A stretch of DNA of 53,252 bases, taken from the IMG/VR virus record IMGVR_UViG_3300020470_000013, positions 1-53,252 of that record; one strand, given 5' to 3'. Shown here one piece after another: positions 25,875 to 34,171 of the stretch. The notes beneath the pieces are model-generated. The model saw only the letters and a list, made by a program, of their open reading frames with translations. It ran no database searches and had not been told where the DNA came from. A program made the position numbers and the translations under genes. Source of the stretch: a virus (lineage: Duplodnaviria > Caudoviricetes). The number at the start of each line of letters is the position of its first letter. Within the stretch, counting starts at the first letter, position 1.

Positions 25875-27526
25875 TGTCATTTGTAAAACAAAACCAACCC
25901 TGCCCTTCTTGTGGGGGCAGCGATCCTGTTGCAATCAACGACAATGGATCAGCAAAATGTTTTAGTTGTGGTACATTTTTTAAAAGTTATTCTGAAGCTT
26001 CTGGTGGAAACGTGTCTGATTTCTCTACCTACCAGAGAAATATAAATAATAATAATTCTACCGAAGCTTCCTTTAATGCACTAACGGATCGTGGAATATC
26101 GATAGAGACAGCAAAAAAATATGGAGTAAAATCAGTGTTGTCTTCAGATGGTTCTATTTATGAACACCATTATCCGATGTATATAAATAACGAAGTTGTT
26201 GCTACCAAGATAAGAAGACCTAATAAAGAATTCTATTGGCGTGGATCAAGTAAAGGAACTAGCTTATTCGGTCAACAACTTTGTCAAGATGGCGGTAAAT
26301 ACATTACAATAACAGAAGGAGAGTGCGATGCTATGGCTGCCTATCAACTGATGGGTAGCCAATGGCCTGTAGTCTCAGTTAAGAACGGTGCTGAAGGTGC
26401 AGTTCGTGATGTAAAAGATAACTTAGAATTCCTGGAATCATATGATACTATCGTTATTAATTTTGATAATGATAAAGTTGGAAGGGAAGCAGCTAAGAAA
26501 ATTGCACGTTTATTAAAACCTGCGAAGGCTAAGATCTTACAATTGCCGGAGCAGTTTAAAGATGCCAATGAGATGTTAAAGCTTGGACAACATAAAGCAT
26601 ATGTGTCGGCATGGTGGGCATCAAAAATTTATACGCCTTCTGGGGTATTAAATGTAACAGATCAACGTGACAACTATAAGAAACGTGAGCGTAAAGAATC
26701 TGTACCTTATCCTTGGGAGGGTTTAAATTCTAAATTAGAAGGTTTACGTCAAGGTGAGCTAGTAACCTTAACAGGTGGCACTGGCCTTGGTAAGTCTAGT
26801 GTTACACGAGAGTTAGAACATTGGCTTGTTCGTAATACAAGAGACAATATAGGTATCATAGCTTTAGAAGAAGATTGGCGTAGAACAATAGATGGCATAC
26901 TTTCTATTGAAGCCAATGCTAAATTACATATTGATAGTATACGTGCTGAATATGATGCTGAACAATTAGATGAGATGTTTAATATTCTATATGACGGTGA
27001 AAATAAAAATCGTGTATGGGTTCATGCTCATTTTGGAATGAATGATTTAGATAGTATCTTTAGTAAGTTACGTTTTATGATTGTAGGTTGTGGTTGTAAA
27101 TGGATAGTTGTAGATCATTTACATATGTTAGTGTCTTGTTCAGTTGAAGGTGATGAGCGTAGAACTATAGATAATATTATGCACAGACTTAGAACATTAG
27201 TTGAAGAGACAGGTGCAGGATTAATCTTAGTATCACATCTACGTAGAATAGATGGTAATCGTGGGCATGAGAATGGTATAGCTACTGGTCTTTCTCATTT
27301 GCGTGGTAGTCAATCCATAGCCCAACTGTCTGATTGCGTAATAAGTTTAGAACGTAATCAACAATCTGATGACCCTATTGAATCTAGCACTACAAAAGTT
27401 CGTGTATTGAAATCAAGATATACAGGTGATGTTGGATTAGCAACAAGCTTATATTATGATAATAATACAGGACGTTTAGAAGAAGTTGACTTAGGTGATG
27501 TTAATGAAATCCAGGTGGAACTATGA
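25874..27526 (+). CDS. T7 gp4-like DNA primase-helicase
   Basis: CPSC..CFSC zinc finger, ITEGECDA/FDND TOPRIM, GGTGLGKS Walker A, VVDHL, LRGSQSIAQLSD, KSRYTG. Confidence 0.95.
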   Translation: MSFVKQNQPCPSCGGSDPVAINDNGSAKCFSCGTFFKSYSEASGGNVSDFSTYQRNINNNNSTEASFNALTDRGISIETAKKYGVKSVLSSDGSIYEHHYPMYINNEVVATKIRRPNKEFYWRGSSKGTSLFGQQLCQDGGKYITITEGECDAMAAYQLMGSQWPVVSVKNGAEGAVRDVKDNLEFLESYDTIVINFDNDKVGREAAKKIARLLKPAKAKILQLPEQFKDANEMLKLGQHKAYVSAWWASKIYTPSGVLNVTDQRDNYKKRERKESVPYPWEGLNSKLEGLRQGELVTLTGGTGLGKSSVTRELEHWLVRNTRDNIGIIALEEDWRRTIDGILSIEANAKLHIDSIRAEYDAEQLDEMFNILYDGENKNRVWVHAHFGMNDLDSIFSKLRFMIVGCGCKWIVVDHLHMLVSCSVEGDERRTIDNIMHRLRTLVEETGAGLILVSHLRRIDGNRGHENGIATGLSHLRGSQSIAQLSDCVISLERNQQSDDPIESSTTKVRVLKSRYTGDVGLATSLYYDNNTGRLEEVDLGDVNEIQVEL

Positions 27527-29277
27527 AAACATTAGTATTTGATATAGAAACAGATGGTATTGATCCTAATAATATATGGTGTATTTCAACTGTAAATGCT
27601 GATACTGATGAAGCCATATCTTATGGCCCTGATAGATTAGTTGATGGTGTACAGTATTTAAAATCAGCAGATAAATTAGTTGGTCATAATATAATTGGAT
27701 ATGATATTCCAGTTATAAAAAAATTAATGGATGTAGATCTATCTAAACATGCTAAGATTGTAGATACGTTAGTTCTTTCTAGATTATTTAATCCAGTACG
27801 TGAAGGTGGACATAGCTTAGAAAGCTGGGGTTATCGTGTCGGCCATAGAAAAATAGAGTTTGAGGAGTTTGCTACATTTACTCCAGAAATGTTAAAGTAT
27901 TGTGAGAATGATACATTATTAAATCAGAAAGTATTTAATACATTAAAGATTGAATCCTCTGGTTTTAGTTCTCGTGCTGTTGGTTTAGAACATACTGCGT
28001 CTAAGATTATGACTGATCAAAGATCACATGGTTTCTTATTAGATGTTGAGAAAGCTACAATGTTAGTTGCTGAATTATCTGAACGACTATATGAAGTTGA
28101 AACTTTAGTACATGAAACTTTTTTACCTAGAAAAGTTAAGACAGTTTTAAAGGCTACGTTTACTAAGTCTGGTGCATTATCTAAGATGGCAGCTATACAA
28201 GGTAGTATAAAGAAAAGTCGTTTAACTCAAGAAGAGTATGATGATATAGCAGTTAAGCGTGTTATTACACGTATAAATGAGGAGCCTTTTAATTTAGGTT
28301 CACGTAAACAAATAGGTGAATACCTAATTGATTTTGGATGGGAACCAAAGAAGTTTACTCCAACTGGTCAACCAATAGTTGACGAAGGTACGTTAAGTAA
28401 AATAAAAGATATACCAGAAGCAAAACTTATTGCAGAGTATTTATTATTACAAAAGCGTATTGCTCAACTAACTTCCTGGATTAAGGAAGTACATGATGAT
28501 AATAGAGTACGTGGTTTTGTTAATCCAAACGGCACTATTACTGGACGCATGACACACAATAGTCCTAACATGGCTCAATGTCCTAGTGTAAGATCACCTT
28601 ACGGTAAGGAGTGTCGAGAATGTTGGACAGTTCCCGAAGGTTATAAACTAGTGGGTATAGATGCTAGTGGTTTAGAACTACGAATGCTTGCACACTATAT
28701 GGATGATGAGGCATACACAAATGAAATATTGCATGGAGACATACACACAACTAATCAAAAACTTGCAGGGCTTGAATCAAGAGATCAGAGTAAAACATTC
28801 ATCTATGCACTCATCTACGGAGCCGGGAATGCGAAACTTGGTCAAGTGGTTGGAGGAAACAAAGAAGATGGCGAAAGACTTAGAAGACGTTTCCTTGATA
28901 ATCTCCCATCATTTAAAAATCTTAGAGACAGAGTTGCAAGAGCTTCAACAAAAGGATATGTCAAAGGATTAGATGGTCGTAAGTTATACATACGTTCTGA
29001 ACATGCAGCACTTAATACTTTACTTCAAGGTGCTGGTGCTATAGTAATGAAAGAAGCCATGAGTATCCTTTATAATAAAATAACGGAAAATAAATTAGAT
29101 GCACATTTTGTTTGCAACGTACATGATGAGTGGCAAATCGAAGTTCGTGAATGTGATGCAGATGCAGTTGGTATTGCAGGTATTGAATCAATTAAAGAAG
29201 CTGGGCTTACATTAGAATTACGATGCCCACTTACAGGAGAATATAATGTCGGGTCAAATTGGGCTGAAACTCACTAA
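27523..29277 (+). CDS. polA: Family A DNA polymerase (T7 gp5-like) with 3'-5' exonuclease
   Basis: FDIETDG, GHNIIGYD, DASGLELR (motif A), KTFIYALIYG (motif B), NVHDE (motif C). Confidence 0.95.
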   Translation: MKTLVFDIETDGIDPNNIWCISTVNADTDEAISYGPDRLVDGVQYLKSADKLVGHNIIGYDIPVIKKLMDVDLSKHAKIVDTLVLSRLFNPVREGGHSLESWGYRVGHRKIEFEEFATFTPEMLKYCENDTLLNQKVFNTLKIESSGFSSRAVGLEHTASKIMTDQRSHGFLLDVEKATMLVAELSERLYEVETLVHETFLPRKVKTVLKATFTKSGALSKMAAIQGSIKKSRLTQEEYDDIAVKRVITRINEEPFNLGSRKQIGEYLIDFGWEPKKFTPTGQPIVDEGTLSKIKDIPEAKLIAEYLLLQKRIAQLTSWIKEVHDDNRVRGFVNPNGTITGRMTHNSPNMAQCPSVRSPYGKECRECWTVPEGYKLVGIDASGLELRMLAHYMDDEAYTNEILHGDIHTTNQKLAGLESRDQSKTFIYALIYGAGNAKLGQVVGGNKEDGERLRRRFLDNLPSFKNLRDRVARASTKGYVKGLDGRKLYIRSEHAALNTLLQGAGAIVMKEAMSILYNKITENKLDAHFVCNVHDEWQIEVRECDADAVGIAGIESIKEAGLTLELRCPLTGEYNVGSNWAETH

Positions 29278-29587
29278 AGAAATGTCAGATAGTAGGAAAG
29301 GAGATTTTGCAGAATATTATGCAGTTACTTGGTTATGGGATCAAGGCTATGATGTCTTTAAAAATTGTGGTTGTGATGGTATAATTGATTTAATTGCTTG
29401 GGATAGGCCAAACGATAATTTTGTTCTTATAGATGTTAAGACTATGAGTATGGATAAGAGATGGCCTGGTAGAACTTATTCAAAAGGAACAACTAGAACT
29501 CCCGAACAAAAAGAAAAAGGAATTGTTCATTTACAATTTAATCCACAAACTAGAGATTTAAAATTTACGGAGCATAGAAACAAATGA
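29246..29587 (+). CDS. PD-(D/E)XK endonuclease (Hjc/resolvase-like)
   Basis: KGDFAE...GYDVF...IDLIA...IDVKT. Confidence 0.75.
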   Translation: MSGQIGLKLTKEMSDSRKGDFAEYYAVTWLWDQGYDVFKNCGCDGIIDLIAWDRPNDNFVLIDVKTMSMDKRWPGRTYSKGTTRTPEQKEKGIVHLQFNPQTRDLKFTEHRNK

Positions 29588-30441
29588 CTTGTCTTAATAC
29601 ACTAGTAGATGATATTAATAAAAGTTTAGAAGATTTATCAGATGGTAAACCTTTAAACATAACTGAAAAAGATTTAGATCTTACTTTATCACGTATAAAA
29701 ACAAGTATACTTGAATGGTCAAATCCTTCTGAACGTGATACAAATTTTAGTTTACGTATGTCTAACATTGGTAAACCTGCACGACAATTATGGTTTGAAA
29801 AAAATAAACCAATGAAAAATGCTAGACATAGTGCAGCAACCCAGGTTAAATTTCTTTATGGACATATACTTGAAGAGATTGTGTTAATGCTTGTACGTGC
29901 AGCAGGTCATACAGTAACTGATGAACAAAAGGAAGTAGAGTTAAATGGAATCAAAGGACACATGGATTGCAAAATTGATGGGGAAGTTGTTGATATTAAG
30001 ACTGCATCTAAGTATGCATTTAGTAAATTTAAAAATGGAAACCTACATGATGATGATCCATTTGGGTATATACCGCAGTTGGCTGCGTATGAAAAAGCCG
30101 AAGACACACGTAAAGGTGGATTCTTAGTTATAAATAAAGAAGGCGGTGATATTTGTTTACATAAGCCTGATGATTTATCTAAGCCTAATATAAATAATTT
30201 ACTATCTACTGTAACAGAAGCACTAGATTCAACTGAGATACCTAATCTTTGTTATCGTCCAGTAGCTGAAGGTAAGAAAGGTAATATGAAAATACATAGA
30301 AACTGTACTTATTGTCCTTATAAGTATGAATGTTTTCAAAACTATAATAATGGTAGAGGTTTACGAACATTTAAATACGCAAACCGTTTAGAATATTTAA
30401 CTAAAGTTGTAGTTGAACCTAGAGTTGAAGAGATAGTATAA
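29584..30441 (+). CDS. Cas4/RecB-like PD-(D/E)XK exonuclease
   Basis: GHILEE, GHMD..IDG.VVDIKTAS, Y..QL..Y, C-terminal CTYCPYKYEC. Confidence 0.8.
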   Translation: MTCLNTLVDDINKSLEDLSDGKPLNITEKDLDLTLSRIKTSILEWSNPSERDTNFSLRMSNIGKPARQLWFEKNKPMKNARHSAATQVKFLYGHILEEIVLMLVRAAGHTVTDEQKEVELNGIKGHMDCKIDGEVVDIKTASKYAFSKFKNGNLHDDDPFGYIPQLAAYEKAEDTRKGGFLVINKEGGDICLHKPDDLSKPNINNLLSTVTEALDSTEIPNLCYRPVAEGKKGNMKIHRNCTYCPYKYECFQNYNNGRGLRTFKYANRLEYLTKVVVEPRVEEIV

Positions 30442-30755
30442 TGAATCAAAAAAGAAGTAAAGAAATTACAGAAAGATCAAATGAATTATTTATAGAGTGG
30501 TTAAAAAGTTTGCTTAATGAAACAGAAGCTGCTAAAATAACTATGGATAATTACCGTAATTATCTTCCAAAACAAACACATCTTTACGCTAATAAACAAT
30601 TATGGTTAACAGCGTACACACCACGTTGGATTAAAAATAAACTTAAAAGATTACTTAAACGTGATCCTAATAGAGATATTAATAGTCTTTCATTAAACGA
30701 GTTAAAACAGGAAGATCAACAATGGAAACAAAAGGAGAGGAACTTCCAGAATTAG
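30441..30755 (+). CDS. Hypothetical protein
   Basis: 104 aa, coupled start. Confidence 0.65.
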   Translation: MNQKRSKEITERSNELFIEWLKSLLNETEAAKITMDNYRNYLPKQTHLYANKQLWLTAYTPRWIKNKLKRLLKRDPNRDINSLSLNELKQEDQQWKQKERNFQN

Positions 30756-30880
30756 AAGTTCTTATTTTAATTTGTGCAGGGTACATAACAGCTGGTAAAC
30801 CTTTTAGTGAACAATTATATATGGATATAAAGGAAAAATTAGATGAATATTTTATGGAACATAAAGGTACTCTTCATTGA
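30722..30880 (+). CDS. Hypothetical 52-aa protein
   Basis: METKGEELPELEV...EHKGTLH*; AGGAAG SD; stop overlaps the next start. Confidence 0.55.
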   Translation: METKGEELPELEVLILICAGYITAGKPFSEQLYMDIKEKLDEYFMEHKGTLH

Positions 30881-31353
30881 AAGCTAAAATAAAAAGTGGC
30901 TTGAGAAAGAAAAGAGTCAAACGTCCCATAGAAAAGAATTTAATTTCAGGTTATGATTCTAATTGGGAGTATGAATTACATACTGGAATCTTTAATCAAT
31001 GGACTTTTCATACTGAGAAAGTTCCTTATGTTGTTGAGCATAATTATCAACCAGATTTTGTAAAACAAATAGGTGATAAAACTATTTTCTTAGAAGCAAA
31101 AGGAAGATTTTGGGATCATAATGAATACAATAAATATGTATGGATTGCTAAAGCATTGCCGGAAGATACTGAACTTGTATTTTTATTTGCTAATCCAGAA
31201 GCTCCGATGCCTCAAGCAACAAGAAGAAAAGATGGAACTAAAAGATCCCATTGTGAATGGGCATCATCTAAAGGATTTAGATGGTTCAGTGAAGATAGTA
31301 TACCAGACGATTGGATAGATGTAACAAAACGAGGAAGTTTTGATGACGAGTGA
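30877..31353 (+). CDS. T7 endonuclease I-like (gp3) Holliday junction resolvase
   Basis: YDS.WE, YQPDF, LEAKGRF, LVFLF, EW...GFRW. Confidence 0.8.
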   Translation: MKAKIKSGLRKKRVKRPIEKNLISGYDSNWEYELHTGIFNQWTFHTEKVPYVVEHNYQPDFVKQIGDKTIFLEAKGRFWDHNEYNKYVWIAKALPEDTELVFLFANPEAPMPQATRRKDGTKRSHCEWASSKGFRWFSEDSIPDDWIDVTKRGSFDDE

Positions 31354-31501
31354 TAGAAAACAAGAGCGTATTGATAAATTTAATCGACATAAAAAAAGAA
31401 GAACGCACGATAAATTTGCAGAAGGTAAATTTAAAGCACCAAAAAAACGCAGCAAGTATAAATTAAACATTAACGATATTAATAATATTGAGGAGAATTA
31501 A
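31343..31501 (+). CDS. Small very basic protein
   Basis: MTSDRKQERIDKFNRHKKRR...NNIEEN*; GAGGA SD; stop overlaps the RNR start. Confidence 0.55.
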   Translation: MTSDRKQERIDKFNRHKKRRTHDKFAEGKFKAPKKRSKYKLNINDINNIEEN

Positions 31502-33378
31502 TGGAGATTAAACCGTACCAACAATACATTCATAAGAGTAGATATGCTCGATATATGGAAGATCTAAATAGAAGAGAAACCTGGGCAGAAACTGTTCAGC
31601 GTTATATAGATTTCTGGAAAGAAAAATTTAATCATAAGTTTAATGATATACCATATGATGAATTATATGATGCAATTTATAATATGGATGTAATGCCTAG
31701 CATGAGGGCTTTAATGACGGCTGGTGAAGCTTTAGATCGTGACAACGTAGCAGGGTTTAACTGTAGTTATATTGTCATAGATAGCCCTAGAGCTTTCGAT
31801 GAAATGATGTACATTCTTATGTGTGGCACAGGCGTTGGCTTTAGTGTTGAACGTCAATATATCTCTAATCTTCCAACAGTAGCAGAGGATTTCCATGAAA
31901 CAGACACCGTTATTCACATCGCAGATTCAAAAATTGGATGGGCGAAATCGTATAGGGAATTGGTATCGTTGTTGTATTCAGGCCAGTTACCCAAATGGGA
32001 TGCAAGTAGAGTTAGACCTTCGGGTTCCCCACTTAAAACTTTCGGTGGTCGTGCCAGTGGTCCAGAACCTCTTATCGACCTTTTCAATTTCACAGTGGGA
32101 ATTTTTAAAGCAGCAGCTGGAAGAAAGCTTACAAGCCTTGAATGCCACGATCTTTGCTGCAAAATTGCACAAATAGTTGTAGTAGGTGGTGTACGTAGAT
32201 CCGCTTTAATATCTTTAAGTAATCTTACAGACGATAGAATACGTAGAGCCAAGCATGGTCAATGGTGGGTTGATGAACCTCAACGTGCTTTGTCTAACAA
32301 CTCAGCTTGTTATACTGAGAAGCCAGACTTTGAAGCTTTCTTAAATGAATGGAGTAGTTTATATGAAAGTAGATCTGGTGAGCGTGGTATCTTTAATAGA
32401 GTAGCAAGTCAAAAACAAGCGGCCAGGAATGGGCGTAGAGATCCCGAACAAGAGTTCGGCTGTAATCCATGTTCGGAAATAATTTTGAAACCAAATCAAT
32501 TTTGTAACCTAACAGAAGTTGTAGTAAGACCTAATGATACATTAGAAACTTTAAAACAAAAAGTTAAATGTGCTACTATACTTGGTACATTTCAAGCAAC
32601 ACTTACAGATTTTAGATACCTTCGTAAAAGTTGGGCAGATAATACAGCCGAAGAAGCATTGCTTGGTGTATCACTTACTGGTATATTAGATAATCCTTTA
32701 ATGACTTTAAATAATAAAAACTTACCTACAGTATTACAATGGTTACGTGATGAAGCAATTACAACAAATAAAATATGGGCTGAAACACTTGGTATTAATC
32801 AGTCTGCTGCTATTACTTGTGTTAAACCATCGGGAACAGTTTCCCAATTAGTTGATAGTGCCAGTGGAATACATGGAAGATACGCACCATATTATATACG
32901 AAGAGTTAGGGCTGATTCCAGGGACCCATTATGTGTAGTCTTAGAAGAAGCAGGTGTTCCTTCAGAAATTGATAACAATTCACCGACTACTAAAATTTTT
33001 AGCTTTCCGCAAAAGGCTCCTACTAAAGCAGTCTTTGCTTCAGATCAAACTGGAATGGAACAATTACAATTATGGGCAGCATATCAGGAGCATTGGTGTG
33101 AACACAAACCAAGTATTACAGTTTATTATCGGGATAATGAGTTCCTTGCTATTGGCGATTGGATTTATAATAACTTTGATTCTGTATCTGGCATTTCATT
33201 TCTTCCCTATAGTGATCATACATATGAACAAGCTCCGTATGAACAGATTACAAAAGAAGAATATAATAAATTAATCAAAGATTTTCCAAAAGAATTTAAT
33301 TGGGATATTAAAGAAGAAACAGATGCTACGGAAGGATCACAGACACTAGCCTGTGTAGGGAACTCATGTGAAATATAA
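31501..33378 (+). CDS. nrdJ: Class II (adenosylcobalamin-dependent) ribonucleotide reductase
   Basis: PSMR, FNC, GTGVGF, VVGGVRRSA, NPCSEI thiyl motif, CVKPSGTVS, C-terminal CVGNSCEI; no beta-subunit gene. Confidence 0.92.
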   Translation: MEIKPYQQYIHKSRYARYMEDLNRRETWAETVQRYIDFWKEKFNHKFNDIPYDELYDAIYNMDVMPSMRALMTAGEALDRDNVAGFNCSYIVIDSPRAFDEMMYILMCGTGVGFSVERQYISNLPTVAEDFHETDTVIHIADSKIGWAKSYRELVSLLYSGQLPKWDASRVRPSGSPLKTFGGRASGPEPLIDLFNFTVGIFKAAAGRKLTSLECHDLCCKIAQIVVVGGVRRSALISLSNLTDDRIRRAKHGQWWVDEPQRALSNNSACYTEKPDFEAFLNEWSSLYESRSGERGIFNRVASQKQAARNGRRDPEQEFGCNPCSEIILKPNQFCNLTEVVVRPNDTLETLKQKVKCATILGTFQATLTDFRYLRKSWADNTAEEALLGVSLTGILDNPLMTLNNKNLPTVLQWLRDEAITTNKIWAETLGINQSAAITCVKPSGTVSQLVDSASGIHGRYAPYYIRRVRADSRDPLCVVLEEAGVPSEIDNNSPTTKIFSFPQKAPTKAVFASDQTGMEQLQLWAAYQEHWCEHKPSITVYYRDNEFLAIGDWIYNNFDSVSGISFLPYSDHTYEQAPYEQITKEEYNKLIKDFPKEFNWDIKEETDATEGSQTLACVGNSCEI

Positions 33379-33607
33379 TGAGGGAACCATTATAGGTTTT
33401 AGATTATTAATTGATGGTGAAGGTAACTTAGTTTCTGAAAAGACTGAGTTACCTTTTAAAGATATTTCAAAAGTCTTTAGGGATAAAGGCGATCAATACA
33501 TAATAAAAACAGCAATACGAAAAACAAAACAGCGTATTGATAAAATACATAATGAAATTGAATCAGAGATTGCCGCAACAAACACGCCCAATATTTTAAA
33601 ATATTAA
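33368..33607 (+). CDS. Hypothetical protein, last gene of + arm
   Basis: 79 aa, GTG start overlapping the RNR end. Confidence 0.6.
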   Translation: MKYNEGTIIGFRLLIDGEGNLVSEKTELPFKDISKVFRDKGDQYIIKTAIRKTKQRIDKIHNEIESEIAATNTPNILKY

Positions 33608-33709
33608 GGCTCCGGCTACAAAAGCTACGCAACTAGCAAGCATTGTAATTTTGTAATCGTCCCAAAAGAAAATGATTTCTCTTTTAATTTTAGCTTTATC
33701 TATTTCCAT
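33596..33709 (-). CDS. 37-aa membrane peptide
   Basis: AGGAG SD; MEIDKAKIKREIIFFWDDYKITMLASCVAFVAGALIF*. Confidence 0.5.
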   Translation of the reverse strand: MEIDKAKIKREIIFFWDDYKITMLASCVAFVAGALIF

Positions 33710-33967
33710 TTAAAATTCTCCTATGCATTTCATTTCTGTTATCCAGGATCTAGGTATTACTAATTCGGCATCGCCTTCAGTAATATTTTTATTATCATCT
33801 ATAATTATGTGAGGACAGACTATTATGAATTCTTCAGTATCTTCTAATATTATACCGCACGAAATAACGGTAGCAGTTCTAAGTTCTTTAAGATCTTTTA
33901 GATCTCGCCAACCTAGATTAGAACCACCAGCGGCATCTTGCCATTTAATTAAATATATATCATTCAT
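33710..33967 (-). CDS. Small conserved phage protein (W.DA...W...S.G pattern)
   Basis: IKWQDA....GW...ISCGIIL...IPRSWI. Confidence 0.65.
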   Translation of the reverse strand: MNDIYLIKWQDAAGGSNLGWRDLKDLKELRTATVISCGIILEDTEEFIIVCPHIIIDDNKNITEGDAELVIPRSWITEMKCIGEF

Positions 33968-33979
33968 AAAGGAGTTACT

Positions 33980-34171
33980 ATGATTAAATCTATTTTTGAT
34001 TGGGGTGTATATACCCTAGAAGTTATCGGAGACATTACTGGTTGGGGGTACATGCTTGCCAATGTAATCATCTTTATCATACTTCAACCTTCTCTCATCG
34101 CATTGTTTTTTATATTGTGGTTATATGAGCGTGATAAAACTAACCGATATTTAAAACATCGCCTATTTTAA
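33980..34171 (+). CDS. Small membrane protein in opposite orientation
   Basis: AAAGGAG SD; long hydrophobic segment LANVIIFIILQPSLIALFFILW. Confidence 0.6.
   Translation: MIKSIFDWGVYTLEVIGDITGWGYMLANVIIFIILQPSLIALFFILWLYERDKTNRYLKHRLF

Noticed and set aside
27523-29277. HMO-2011-type polymerase with DnaJ zinc-finger insertion
   Set aside because: No CxxCxGxG repeats in the polymerase sequence
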